Shown here in pieces: positions 1-9,341 of a DNA stretch of 64,000 bases; positions within the stretch are counted from its first letter, which is position 1; every line of letters begins with the position of its first letter. Source of the stretch: Escherichia phage A7_1; the sequence record OP795442, one strand, 5' to 3'. Made by a program: the position numbers and the translations under genes. Below the pieces are notes generated by a model that saw only the letters and a list, made by a program, of their open reading frames with translations, had not been told where the DNA came from and did no database searches.

Positions 1-894
1 GAGGTTTCAGGGATAGGCAACATTGATCAAGTCATCACCGATGATATCCGTGCTGGTAAAGTGACTTCCGGTAACACTGTTATCACTCGCACTGTCGGGT
101 CTAATGACCCCGCTCTTGAAGTTCGTGGACCAGGTGAGATTCAGGGCGACCTTAATGTAACCGGAACTGTAACTGGTAACATCGATCTTAGCTCTCAGGA
201 CGTTAACGTTGCTTCTATGACCTCAACGGGAACAGTAAATGCCCTTTCCATTGAGTCTCGTACATCGGTAACTGGATTATCTGGTACATTCGGTGAAGAT
301 TATGAAGGTGCACCTACATACGGGATAACTTCTCTTTCCGGCGCAAACATCAACAAGAACCTTCGAGTTGGTGGAAACCTGACTGTTGTTGGTAACATCT
401 CTGGCAATATCGACTTGTCTGGAAAGGCGATCGAGCCTGCATCTTTGTCTACCACGACAGCTACGTTAACGACGGCGAACATAACAGACCTGACTGTAAC
501 TGGTCAGTTTAATATCCCGACTGTACCGTTAAATGTTCAATCCCTTAGTTCTGAAAACGCTATTTCCGCAAGCAAGTTCAGCACCACACCAAAAGAAGTA
601 AGCACCACCTCTTCTTCTTATATCCCAGACGGCTCAACGAGCATATATAACGTAAACGTTATAAATGATGTTGAAGTGAAAGCGCCGATTGGCCTGTTGA
701 GTTCAGGAAAAGGTGAGTCAGTATTCCTCTTCTTTGAACAGGATGGTACTGGTGGACATGCGGTAACATTCGGATCGGAGTTTGTTGTGCACGGTACTGA
801 AACCATCAACACAGATGCAAACACTGTATCGGTAGTTAACATGGTTTATCGTGGCAAAGGCCCATTGATTGACGTATTCATCACTCGTCGCTAA
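1..894 (+). CDS. tail fibre protein, C-terminal part (5' end lies outside the window)
   Basis: Frame is open from base 1 into track ORF 61..894; Gly/Thr/Ser/Asn-rich with repeated G-N-(I/L)-x-(V/L)-x-G motifs; followed by a terminator. Confidence 0.7.
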   Translation, partial: EVSGIGNIDQVITDDIRAGKVTSGNTVITRTVGSNDPALEVRGPGEIQGDLNVTGTVTGNIDLSSQDVNVASMTSTGTVNALSIESRTSVTGLSGTFGEDYEGAPTYGITSLSGANINKNLRVGGNLTVVGNISGNIDLSGKAIEPASLSTTTATLTTANITDLTVTGQFNIPTVPLNVQSLSSENAISASKFSTTPKEVSTTSSSYIPDGSTSIYNVNVINDVEVKAPIGLLSSGKGESVFLFFEQDGTGGHAVTFGSEFVVHGTETINTDANTVSVVNMVYRGKGPLIDVFITRR

Positions 895-895
895 T

Positions 896-922
896 AGAGG
901 CCCTTCGGGGCCTTTTCTTTTT
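896..922 (+). terminator. rho-independent terminator
   Basis: GC hairpin gaggcccttcggggcctt followed by a T-run. Confidence 0.8.
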
Positions 923-933
923 AGGAGGACAAC

Positions 934-2169
934 ATGATCCCTTTTCCAATTATTAATTTCGGTGGCGGTGTTCCACTACCTGTAGGCGTTACAATCAAGT
1001 ATGCAGTAAGTACCAGCACCGGAAATATTTTTATTCTGCTTACCAATGGGCATCTATATGTAACCGGATCTAATTATCTAAACGGGCTTGGTAAAACAGG
1101 GACCACAAATAATGCAACTTCGGGATGGTCACTTACTAACACAGGTGTTGAAGAAGTTTATGAGGTAGGAACAGAAAGTACACTGTACGGCGGTGTGTGG
1201 GTTAAGAAAAATAATAACCACTATGAATATATCTCTGCTGTAGTCTTTCCCGCTGTTGACACAACTCTCCAAAACAGTTGGAACGTCTTGCCTGAATCCG
1301 CATACATCGTTGGTGGTGTAAATATCTTATCTTCAGCAATACAAATAGCCAGATCATACGCGATCCAACCCGACGGCACTGTTTACAGACTGCTTCCAGA
1401 GGGGCCGCAAGTAGCTTGGCCTGAAAAAACAAAATACCTGTATTTTGCAAACTATAATGCTATTCGTGTCGAGGTGGATGGGACTTTAAAATACCGAGGC
1501 GACAATGGTGTAGATCAAGTGGCAGGCACTTCTGCCGGAACAACATTATCAACTTGGACAACCATCGGGGATTCTTCTGTAAGGTATATTAGGGCAAAAT
1601 GTGCTCGTGGTCAAGTGGCTAACACGAGTGGCGGTTCAGGTGCTCAATCTATTGTACTTGTTGTTGCACAGAGGGAAGATGGGTCATGGGATGCAGTTGG
1701 ATCGGCAGCAAGAGCAGGGATAAACTCAACCAACGTCCTCGGTCCTAATTTAGCACCTATGACAAGCATACCTGCGGGGGTTGAAGTTTATGTCACCAAC
1801 CAGATCAGCTATACAAACGCAAGTGTGAGCACAAGGGCAGCACTGCAAGTATTCATCTCTGACAGGGTTAATGGCATCTATCAATCAACGGGTGGACAAG
1901 GGGGATACACCTATTCTTTATTTAGGAATCTTCCTATAACCACCAACGCAACATCTTTCGAGAACATATCCGAAGATATTATAAACGATGGCGGTATCCT
2001 CAACATGACAGGTTCATTATCCGACACTTTCAAAGTGATTGTTAGTGGTAATGGTAATCTTTACTGGACAGGGAGAGGTTACACAGGGGCTATGTACCCT
2101 GCTGACTTTACGGCCTCTAATACGATAGCTCAGAAGTTTAACTTGGAAGGTATAGTTATTCCAGCATAA
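934..2169 (+). CDS. tail fibre / receptor-binding protein paralogue
   Basis: 411 aa; Gly/Thr/Asn-rich repeats (LYVTGSNYLNGLG, LYWTGRGYTG) shared with the paralogues at 61364-63707. Confidence 0.7.
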   Translation: MIPFPIINFGGGVPLPVGVTIKYAVSTSTGNIFILLTNGHLYVTGSNYLNGLGKTGTTNNATSGWSLTNTGVEEVYEVGTESTLYGGVWVKKNNNHYEYISAVVFPAVDTTLQNSWNVLPESAYIVGGVNILSSAIQIARSYAIQPDGTVYRLLPEGPQVAWPEKTKYLYFANYNAIRVEVDGTLKYRGDNGVDQVAGTSAGTTLSTWTTIGDSSVRYIRAKCARGQVANTSGGSGAQSIVLVVAQREDGSWDAVGSAARAGINSTNVLGPNLAPMTSIPAGVEVYVTNQISYTNASVSTRAALQVFISDRVNGIYQSTGGQGGYTYSLFRNLPITTNATSFENISEDIINDGGILNMTGSLSDTFKVIVSGNGNLYWTGRGYTGAMYPADFTASNTIAQKFNLEGIVIPA

Positions 2170-2171
2170 AG

Positions 2172-2205
2172 AAAAGGCGCTCAAATGAGCGCCTTTATTT
2201 TTATC
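2172..2205. terminator. bidirectional terminator
   Basis: Hairpin aggcgctcaaatgagcgcct flanked by an A-run and a T-run, between convergent genes. Confidence 0.75.
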
Positions 2206-2217
2206 TAAATTTTACGA

Positions 2218-3393
2218 TCAAAACGGAATATCGTCGTCAAAATCCATATCATCTACAGACATATTTACATGTCCTTCAATATCAGGGGTAGGTGAATCTT
2301 CTGCTGACGGAGTTAACTGCGGTTCCGGCTCAGGTTTCTTTTCCTCTTGCTTAGGAGTTGAAGCACCGTTACGGATCTTATCTTCCAATTGACAGATGAA
2401 TCGGAAATTCTCTTCAGTCTTAGCAATAAAGGTTTCGATATTGTCACGACCCCAACGGGCAGAAAGAATGCCACACTGGCCTAAACGAGCACCGAAAGAG
2501 TAATCATCCATAGATTTAAACTCTTCACGCAGTTTTGCTTTGATCGAATCCATCGCTGCAAGAACTTGTTCTACGATCACACCCTGATTTGCAATAGTTT
2601 CATCAGGGAACATTGCATCGGTAATAGACAGTGCATTACCTAAACGAATAGGTAGATCATCTTTACCTTTACCTGAACGTGATCCTGTTCCAGTACTTGC
2701 ACCTTTTGGACCGTAAGCTTTAAAGCCTGTAACCGTACCATCATCTGAACGAACACCTGCAATACGACCACCTTCTGTAATCTGACCCGCCTGTTCATCA
2801 GTGAGGTTTACAGTAACTTCTGTGCCGTCTTCCAGCTTAACAACTACCTTATTGCCTTCAATAGATGTGATATCACCATAAATCTTCTTAGCTGCACCAC
2901 CAGACGGCTTTTGCTGCTGTTGGGAACCACTTGATTGCTGCTGTTTCTGACGAGGCTCACGAGCACCGGATGCGTCAGTAATTTTGATACGTGCTTTCTT
3001 ACCTTCTGTAGAAGAACCTTGACTACCATCTTCTTTGGTATAGGTCTTGATAACAACAGGTAAACGAATTTTCATACCCTCTTTAAGATCAGTGTAACCA
3101 CCTTCAGGATTTTTAATCTGGAACTGATTCTCATACTTCAGGTTTTTAACTTCACCCTCACCAAAAGAAATCCATGCTTGATCTTCACCTTCTTTAAGAA
3201 GAACCGCATAGCGGTGGGTATTGTTAATGCTTTTCTGCTGACCAGTATTCTTGTCTTTGAAGGTAGTCACTCGTGGGCTACCATCTTCATTAATACGTTT
3301 GATCATGATACGTTCAATCGTACCTGCTGCAATGTTTACTGTGGTATCGGAAACAGCATCGTATACAGCATTGATAACTTTAACTTCAGACAT
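2218..3393 (-). CDS. SSB-like DNA-binding protein with acidic C-terminal tail
   Basis: 391 aa ending DMDFDDDIPF, the acidic tail typical of SSB proteins; Gln/Gly/Ser-rich linker; the N-terminal domain is not obviously an OB fold to me. Confidence 0.6.
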   Translation of the reverse strand: MSEVKVINAVYDAVSDTTVNIAAGTIERIMIKRINEDGSPRVTTFKDKNTGQQKSINNTHRYAVLLKEGEDQAWISFGEGEVKNLKYENQFQIKNPEGGYTDLKEGMKIRLPVVIKTYTKEDGSQGSSTEGKKARIKITDASGAREPRQKQQQSSGSQQQQKPSGGAAKKIYGDITSIEGNKVVVKLEDGTEVTVNLTDEQAGQITEGGRIAGVRSDDGTVTGFKAYGPKGASTGTGSRSGKGKDDLPIRLGNALSITDAMFPDETIANQGVIVEQVLAAMDSIKAKLREEFKSMDDYSFGARLGQCGILSARWGRDNIETFIAKTEENFRFICQLEDKIRNGASTPKQEEKKPEPEPQLTPSAEDSPTPDIEGHVNMSVDDMDFDDDIPF

Positions 3394-3476
3394 TTAAATC
3401 TCCTTTAACTATTGAACACACCACTTAAGGCCGAGAAACTATATTACAACTAACTTATTTGAATTGCAAATAACTT

Positions 3477-3857
3477 TTAGAGATAAACTCGCTTAACTTT
3501 TTCATGAACATTATCAAACAAAGTGTTGATCATCTGCAAGTCTTTAATAAGTTCTTCCGTAAATTGTTCTTCTTTGTGAGCAAACACACGAGAACGGTCA
3601 ATGTTTACGGGATCTGCACTTTGGTCACCAGACAGGTCGAAAATGTCGATACCAATACGAGCACGACCTTTTTCAATCTTATTCTCATCATCAATACCAT
3701 AAACACTCATGATTTGCATTTCACGATCTTCTTCACTGTTTGTGTAAATGATCGTCGTATTCAAATTCTTAACACCATCGTAAATGTGAATGTTACGTGT
3801 CGCAGAGATAGGAATCCAATCAGCAACCAAATAATCTTTACCGTCGAAAATACTCAT
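3477..3857 (-). CDS. hypothetical protein
   Basis: Track ORF, 126 aa, fits leftward gene packing. Confidence 0.5.
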   Translation of the reverse strand: MSIFDGKDYLVADWIPISATRNIHIYDGVKNLNTTIIYTNSEEDREMQIMSVYGIDDENKIEKGRARIGIDIFDLSGDQSADPVNIDRSRVFAHKEEQFTEELIKDLQMINTLFDNVHEKVKRVYL

Positions 3858-3911
3858 CTTCTTTCCTCTTTTGTTTAAGTGGGGCCATTATGCCCCACAC
3901 TTAACTTTCTG

Positions 3912-4499
3912 TCAAGGACGTTTCGGTGGACTAACGACACCTTTTTTAGATAAAGGTAATTCGTCTGCATCTTTTCCACGAAGAGATTCTAGCCACTCAT
4001 CTAAAGACAGGGGTACTTTACCATCACCTTTGGACCATACAGATAAGCAATACAGATCGTATGCAGATGGACCTCGATCACCTTTGTCACCATTCAACCC
4101 TTTTAAACTATCCAGCCAATCCTTCTCATTTAGTGGGATAGCGCCAGGATCTTCTTTACGAAGAACTCTCAGGTATGTTTCATAAGCAGACTCTCCACGG
4201 GGACCAATTGGACCAGGTAAACCTTGCGGTCCCTTTGCATACTCAAGACACTTAGAATCTAAATATGCAGACTTTGAACCATCATTAACCACTGAAACTT
4301 TATACAATGACCAAGCCAACAGAACTATCCAACAAGCAAACAATGCAAGCGGGTAAGGGATCATTGAAGTAAAGAATGACAGGGCTAAAATTACAACCTT
4401 GTTCTTGTGATCACGACGGAAAGCGATGATCACAGGGGCTAACCAGATAGCAAAGATAACCCACGCAGATAAGATAAACAACCAACTAATGTATTCCAT
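3912..4499 (-). CDS. membrane protein, superinfection-immunity-like N-terminus plus two short collagen-like G-X-Y segments
   Basis: Two N-terminal TM helices around an FRRDHKNK motif; GPQGLPGPIGPRGES and GLNGDKGDRGPS each followed by SAY(E/D). Confidence 0.6.
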   Translation of the reverse strand: MEYISWLFILSAWVIFAIWLAPVIIAFRRDHKNKVVILALSFFTSMIPYPLALFACWIVLLAWSLYKVSVVNDGSKSAYLDSKCLEYAKGPQGLPGPIGPRGESAYETYLRVLRKEDPGAIPLNEKDWLDSLKGLNGDKGDRGPSAYDLYCLSVWSKGDGKVPLSLDEWLESLRGKDADELPLSKKGVVSPPKRP

Positions 4500-4687
4500 T
4501 AAGCCTCCTCAGTATCGTCTTTAAAGTAATCTAACATCCAACTCTCTACAGGTTTCGCATAGTAACCTGTTCGCCCTTTCTTTTGGAACTCCATAACAAT
4601 TTCATTTGCAATACTTTTTGTGATTGCGATCCCGATTAGTGCTCCACCAGGACCCATTACTGCGTGTGAACTAAAAACATTACTCAT
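4499..4687 (-). CDS. hypothetical small protein
   Basis: Track ORF, 62 aa, start overlaps the upstream stop. Confidence 0.45.
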   Translation of the reverse strand: MSNVFSSHAVMGPGGALIGIAITKSIANEIVMEFQKKGRTGYYAKPVESWMLDYFKDDTEEA

Positions 4688-4750
4688 ATTTAACCCCCTT
4701 TATTCTCTCCGCAACCGACAAGAAGAAGTATACATAAAATGATTAACCTC

Positions 4751-4908
4751 TTCAATAGCTACCTCCAAAATATTTTGTAGCCTCTACTGCAAATATTGTC
4801 CCAAGTATGAACCATGTCGCACTTAGCACGTTGAAAGGTAAAAACCTCGATCCTGCAAGAGAAACCATAATAAAAAATGTTACAAAAATCTCTGGAGAAA
4901 TCATCATT
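4751..4908 (-). CDS. small hydrophobic protein (about 52 aa, not in track)
   Basis: Hand-translated MMISPEIFVTFFIMVSLAGSRF...; ATG overlaps the stop of 4904..5305 (ATGA); approximate coordinates. Confidence 0.4.
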
Positions 4909-5305
4909 GTTTGATAGCCCCTTTGGCAATCATCTCGTCAAGTTCATCTTCCGCACGACACATGATTTGGTAGATAGTTTCTGGATTGTTTAAGAATTCT
5001 GTGTACTTCTTGATACGACAAACTAAACGTGCACGAACTTTACGCTCACGGGCCACATGATTAAAGTAATGTCCCTTTTGTCTGTAGACCCAAGCATAAT
5101 ATACAGTTTTTGCTCTCTGGCGATCAGAACCTAAACGTTCAGCTAATTCCGTGTACGGGTCATTGTTGGTTGGACCAAACAAAAATATTTCTGCAAAACT
5201 TTCCTTCATGATACGAGCTTCTTCATCCGTAACTCGCGGACATTCTTCAGAACCGTAACGTGGGGTTTTAGTGGCATTTGGCTTCTTAGGGTATACTTTA
5301 CGCAT
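4904..5305 (-). CDS. hypothetical protein
   Basis: Track ORF, 133 aa. Confidence 0.5.
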   Translation of the reverse strand: MRKVYPKKPNATKTPRYGSEECPRVTDEEARIMKESFAEIFLFGPTNNDPYTELAERLGSDRQRAKTVYYAWVYRQKGHYFNHVARERKVRARLVCRIKKYTEFLNNPETIYQIMCRAEDELDEMIAKGAIKQ

Positions 5306-5372
5306 TTCATCACTCCTCTAATTAAAACTCTTACTCCCGATGTGAGGAGCCTTTCGGCCCCTCCCTTAAATA

Positions 5373-5981
5373 TCAATCACAACTGCTTGAAGAACTGCTA
5401 CTGCTACTATCCGAAGAATAACTATCGTAAGATGATGAGCTATCATACGAACTTGATCGACTTGAAGAACAGTAAGAACTTGAACTACTTGTACGATCTT
5501 CACTGGATGACATTACGGCAGCATACGTTGCCACACCACCTAAAGCTGCCACCTGAGGATCAACCTGGCTAGTTCCATATCCGTTTGGAGAGTCGCTCAT
5601 TTTACGTGGCGCTGCCCGACGTGCCTGATCAATATATTGTCGCTTTGCCTTCGGTGGTAATTTCTTACCTTGAGCATAAGACGGCAGTTCAACACCCTTC
5701 AGTTGTTCATCCAAAGGTTTCGGCGGCGTAGCCTGTGATTTTGGTCGTTCAACAGAGATATCAACAACCTTCATCGTCTTATCTTTGATGTTTAACCCAA
5801 CCAATACCTCATTTTCTTTTAATGGTTCTTCCAGATCGCGTGTTTCAACTGGACCGAATTTAACGCTTTCAGTTTCCTGACGCTGTTCGGCCTGCTTTGC
5901 AATATACTTGTCGATCGCCGCAGTTTCTACTTCCAGCGGAATAAACAGTGATTTTACCCAAGCAACAAACTTCTTGATCAT
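5373..5981 (-). CDS. hypothetical protein with Ser/Tyr/Asp low-complexity C-terminal tail
   Basis: 202 aa; last ~45 residues are about 70% Ser. Confidence 0.5.
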   Translation of the reverse strand: MIKKFVAWVKSLFIPLEVETAAIDKYIAKQAEQRQETESVKFGPVETRDLEEPLKENEVLVGLNIKDKTMKVVDISVERPKSQATPPKPLDEQLKGVELPSYAQGKKLPPKAKRQYIDQARRAAPRKMSDSPNGYGTSQVDPQVAALGGVATYAAVMSSSEDRTSSSSSYCSSSRSSSYDSSSSYDSYSSDSSSSSSSSSCD

Positions 5982-6202
5982 ACTCTTTCTCCTTTTTCAT
6001 CAATAACAATCAGTGGCTCAATAACTAAAAGACGTTGCTTCATAAGACTTTTTATAGTCTCATCAATGTCAGACAGAAGAATATCTTTTTGACCTTCTAT
6101 CCAATTGAGTGCTGCCTTTTCTGAAACAAATGCAATACCTTCTTGACCAATATCCCATTCACAGAATACTTTATACACCATCATCTTCTCCCTTGTCAAC
6201 AT
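5978..6202 (-). CDS. hypothetical protein
   Basis: Track ORF, 74 aa, overlaps neighbours by 4 nt. Confidence 0.45.
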   Translation of the reverse strand: MLTREKMMVYKVFCEWDIGQEGIAFVSEKAALNWIEGQKDILLSDIDETIKSLMKQRLLVIEPLIVIDEKGERV

Positions 6203-6488
6203 TATTCGGGTTAAGTTTCTTTTCTGCGGCCTTCAAAATAATATCCAGCTTTTCAATTTCCTTATGTAAAGGCTCAGATAATAACTTCTCACCAAAAAGC
6301 CAGAATTTCTTCATGCCTTTCTTAACGCACTTTCCCATAAAGCCCGCGAGGTCTTCTAGTCGCCAAGCAATAAAACTAAATATTGCAGCTAAAAGGTGAA
6401 TCAAGGCCAGCAGTAAACGATGCGGGTTTAGTACAGCAAGGCACAGGATCATAAAGATTATTTTAGTAAAACCCCAAATAATTTTCAT
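6171..6488 (-). CDS. small membrane protein
   Basis: 105 aa with two hydrophobic helices. Confidence 0.45.
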   Translation of the reverse strand: MKIIWGFTKIIFMILCLAVLNPHRLLLALIHLLAAIFSFIAWRLEDLAGFMGKCVKKGMKKFWLFGEKLLSEPLHKEIEKLDIILKAAEKKLNPNNVDKGEDDGV

Positions 6489-6871
6489 TCGTAATTGATC
6501 TCCACTTTAACAATTTTACCAGTTTTATCATTGAATACTTCAATATCGTAGTATTCAATAACACCTTCATCATCAAAAGAACTTTTTTGTTTGCAAGGTG
6601 ATACCCAAAAACCGTGGATTACTGCCTCCTCCAGTCCGTCGGTATGTGATACAACACTCAATGTCGGGTAAGGAACCATAATAGGTTTTACCTCACCACA
6701 ACCACACGTACAGCAAAATACTTCATCTTCTTCCAGTTGGTACAGTCGCTTTTCTGGAACAAAAGTCAGATGCGCCAAAGGATATTTAGAAACGATGGCA
6801 TTAATATAAGGCTTTCCTGCCAAGCTGTCAATAAAATCATTAAATTCTTTTCTATTTTTTGATAATCTCAT
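6485..6871 (-). CDS. hypothetical protein with Cys cluster
   Basis: 128 aa; CCTCGCGE motif; 4-nt overlaps with neighbours. Confidence 0.5.
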   Translation of the reverse strand: MRLSKNRKEFNDFIDSLAGKPYINAIVSKYPLAHLTFVPEKRLYQLEEDEVFCCTCGCGEVKPIMVPYPTLSVVSHTDGLEEAVIHGFWVSPCKQKSSFDDEGVIEYYDIEVFNDKTGKIVKVEINYE

Positions 6872-7104
6872 CGAGTACCTCCAAAAATATTTAAAGCTTT
6901 AGAATAATCAATGTGACCTGGAACAGTGTGGGCCTCTTGTACAAGGCATTGCCGACAAATACGTGACACAACTGTTGTCTTGATCTCTTCTGTATCGTAG
7001 AAGCGAGACATTACCTTTGTAACTTGATTACATTGAGTAATAACAAAATCGTGTTTACAACTTGGTTTGTTTTCTTCAGTTTCTTTCTTTTTAAAAGGCC
7101 ACAT
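6868..7104 (-). CDS. small zinc-ribbon-like protein
   Basis: 78 aa; CxxC-like cysteine pairs (CKHD...CNQ, CRQC). Confidence 0.45.
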   Translation of the reverse strand: MWPFKKKETEENKPSCKHDFVITQCNQVTKVMSRFYDTEEIKTTVVSRICRQCLVQEAHTVPGHIDYSKALNIFGGTR

Positions 7105-7112
7105 GGTGACTC

Positions 7113-7295
7113 CTATTCTTCAACTATTTCGTATTCATCTTTCAAGAGCATAAATTGATAGCCCTTGCCCTTATTCGCAATAATAGTACCAGACGCGCTT
7201 TCTTTTGTCACGAAAAGAATTGAATCTTTTTGGACACCGTAATACTTAAGTTGCTCAAGCAGTTTGGTCTTTGATTCTAAGATTTTGACTTTCAT
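7113..7295 (-). CDS. hypothetical small protein
   Basis: Track ORF, 60 aa. Confidence 0.4.
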   Translation of the reverse strand: MKVKILESKTKLLEQLKYYGVQKDSILFVTKESASGTIIANKGKGYQFMLLKDEYEIVEE

Positions 7296-7552
7296 CAGAT
7301 ATCAATTACTACGATTTCAAGCATTGAATTTTCAACAGCTTCCTTAAGCTCATCGTATACAATAATAGACCAATCATTGTTAAGATTACCTTTGATCAGT
7401 TTGGCTATCTGTTCTAACGAGGTCACAAAAGGTGTGTCACTCTCGTTATTGGAAAGACTTAACTTTGTATGGATAAAGCCATCATCGTCGGCAGTCTGCC
7501 AAAATGAAACAAATTCACCACTGACTTTATGTTTTGCTGAGTAAAATTTCAT
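7295..7552 (-). CDS. hypothetical protein
   Basis: Track ORF, 85 aa. Confidence 0.45.
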   Translation of the reverse strand: MKFYSAKHKVSGEFVSFWQTADDDGFIHTKLSLSNNESDTPFVTSLEQIAKLIKGNLNNDWSIIVYDELKEAVENSMLEIVVIDI

Positions 7553-7573
7553 TTAATTATCCTCTCTGCCAGT

Positions 7574-7840
7574 TTATAACTTTTCTTTACCTAAAGTAAG
7601 ACTAATTTCGAAAGTTTTTGTTATAACTTTGTCGTCTTTGTCGAAGAAATCGAATTGGACATAACTCTCGGTCGAACTGACAACCAGACCTACAGAGACA
7701 GTCCCTTCTGGTACGAGAGCCTTATATTCTTCTTTTAGCACAACGTCGTAAAAATACAACGCTCCACAATAAACTTCATCCCAACCATCAAAAGATTCGA
7801 TGAAAGCTTTTTCAATACCAACTAAAGTATTTTCTGACAT
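7574..7840 (-). CDS. hypothetical protein
   Basis: Track ORF, 88 aa. Confidence 0.45.
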   Translation of the reverse strand: MSENTLVGIEKAFIESFDGWDEVYCGALYFYDVVLKEEYKALVPEGTVSVGLVVSSTESYVQFDFFDKDDKVITKTFEISLTLGKEKL

Positions 7841-7863
7841 TATATTATCCTCTTCGTTTCAAG

Positions 7864-8130
7864 TTAGATATAGTCTACACCAGCTTGTTCCAACAAGTCA
7901 AGTCTCAATTTAAGTTCTTTTTCACGATAATCGGAAACAAGTTTATCCTTTTTCTTTTCTTCTTCCTCAAACTGTTCGAGAGGAAGAATACGAATAATGT
8001 GTTCTGCCTTCATGTAGGACGTTGAACCAATAAGCTGAACATTACCATTTGGTAACAATCGGCCCTTGATCACCCGATAACGAGGGAACAAGTCATATTT
8101 AACAATCGCGGTAACTGCTAGATTACTCAT
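7864..8130 (-). CDS. hypothetical protein
   Basis: Track ORF, 88 aa. Confidence 0.45.
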   Translation of the reverse strand: MSNLAVTAIVKYDLFPRYRVIKGRLLPNGNVQLIGSTSYMKAEHIIRILPLEQFEEEEKKKDKLVSDYREKELKLRLDLLEQAGVDYI

Positions 8131-8449
8131 GTGTATTCTCCATATCGCGAATTCGATCTTCTACCCAACCACGACGATAAATGTTGAGGTAAGATTTACC
8201 TTTTGAACCATGATGGGCATATTCGTCAAAATCAAAATCGAAAGGTGTCTCGGTGTTAAGACCTGCATCAAAGAATTGATTCTTCATTTCGAATTGCACT
8301 TTCATATCTGGATCATTTTTACCTAAAAATGAGGACAAATTAAAACAAAGGCCAGCACCTCGGTAAAAAGCCCCATCTTTTGGTGCACCGATATCTAACC
8401 ATTTTTTATATTCTCGGTAGAAATTCAGAAGTTGCGGACTGCTTTTCAT
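8123..8449 (-). CDS. hypothetical protein (paralogue of 18204..18500)
   Basis: Track ORF 8123..8500 begins at a TTG inside a palindrome; likely start is the ATG about 51 nt downstream (MKSSPQLL) behind a GAGGAG SD; shares WLD-GAP / GLC / F-DAGLN / PFD motifs with 18204..18500. Confidence 0.5.
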   Translation of the reverse strand: MKSSPQLLNFYREYKKWLDIGAPKDGAFYRGAGLCFNLSSFLGKNDPDMKVQFEMKNQFFDAGLNTETPFDFDFDEYAHHGSKGKSYLNIYRRGWVEDRIRDMENTHE

Positions 8450-8470
8450 TTTGTTCTCCTCATTTGTTTT

Positions 8471-8498
8471 GATAGGACTACTATAACATAGTCCTATC
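8471..8498. promoter_or_regulatory. perfect 9-bp inverted repeat (GATAGGACT / AGTCCTATC) in the leader of gene 8123..8449
   Basis: Read directly; 10-nt spacer; no flanking T-run so not a terminator; possible operator or RNA structure. Confidence 0.4.
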
Positions 8499-8582
8499 AA
8501 CTTGTATACTATTTAATTAAAGATTTTATGAATACTTGGTAGGACCCTTCTTTAAATACTCATCTGGATAATAAAAATCATC

Positions 8583-8960
8583 CTATACTCCAAATGTGGA
8601 TTTGATTTCAGCAATAACCTCATGCACATTGTTTTCGTTTACTTCAAATGTGTAGGACGTTGGTTTAAGGAACGTCTGAGGTGAAACATTAACAAAGAAT
8701 TCAAATTCATCATCAAAAATTTCAAAGTATTTTCCCGGTGTTGATTCTTGACTTTTGAAAACAGTACCATCTTCCATAGTAACAGAAGAAACAGATTTTT
8801 CACCAAGGGTGTATGTTTTTAACTCATCAACAACGAAACTAGGACCGTGACGACGTAGTATTTCAACCATAGTTCGGTTGGCCCCGCAAATACCTGTCCG
8901 CTTAATAAATAACTCTTCACACCGAGGATTGAGAATATAAGTTTTTCCTACTTGCATCAT
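8583..8960 (-). CDS. hypothetical protein, tandem paralogue 1 of 3
   Basis: 125 aa; N-terminus M-x-(V/I)-GKTY-x-LN shared with the next two genes. Confidence 0.55.
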   Translation of the reverse strand: MMQVGKTYILNPRCEELFIKRTGICGANRTMVEILRRHGPSFVVDELKTYTLGEKSVSSVTMEDGTVFKSQESTPGKYFEIFDDEFEFFVNVSPQTFLKPTSYTFEVNENNVHEVIAEIKSTFGV

Positions 8961-8970
8961 AACAACCCCC

Positions 8971-9330
8971 TTAGGATAAGTTAAATGTGGATTTGATCAG
9001 GTCGATAGTTTCTTGTGCGTTTTGCTCAGATACTGACACCTGGATAATTTTAAGATCACTGACCTCTTCGAAGTATTTGAACTCAGATTCACGAAGTTCA
9101 AAGTACATTGCCCCACAGCCCACACTGAATGAATCACACCCTACAGCACCATCTTCTGTTGTGATGTTATTAACATACTCATCACCTTCGATCATACTCA
9201 TGTTATTAACAATAAATCGCGGCCCGTGCTCATCCAGAAAAGAAACAATCTCGTGATTGTAACTTGGGTCAGCCTTAATAAATTCTTCCACGAATTTTGG
9301 ATTAAGTTTATAAGTTTTACCTACTTCCAT
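8971..9330 (-). CDS. hypothetical protein, tandem paralogue 2 of 3
   Basis: 119 aa; aligns with 9342..9716 (GKTY, HGP-F-VNN, EDG, YFEL-ESEF, NAQET-DLIK-TFNL). Confidence 0.55.
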   Translation of the reverse strand: MEVGKTYKLNPKFVEEFIKADPSYNHEIVSFLDEHGPRFIVNNMSMIEGDEYVNNITTEDGAVGCDSFSVGCGAMYFELRESEFKYFEEVSDLKIIQVSVSEQNAQETIDLIKSTFNLS

Positions 9331-9341
9331 CTTTGTTCTCC

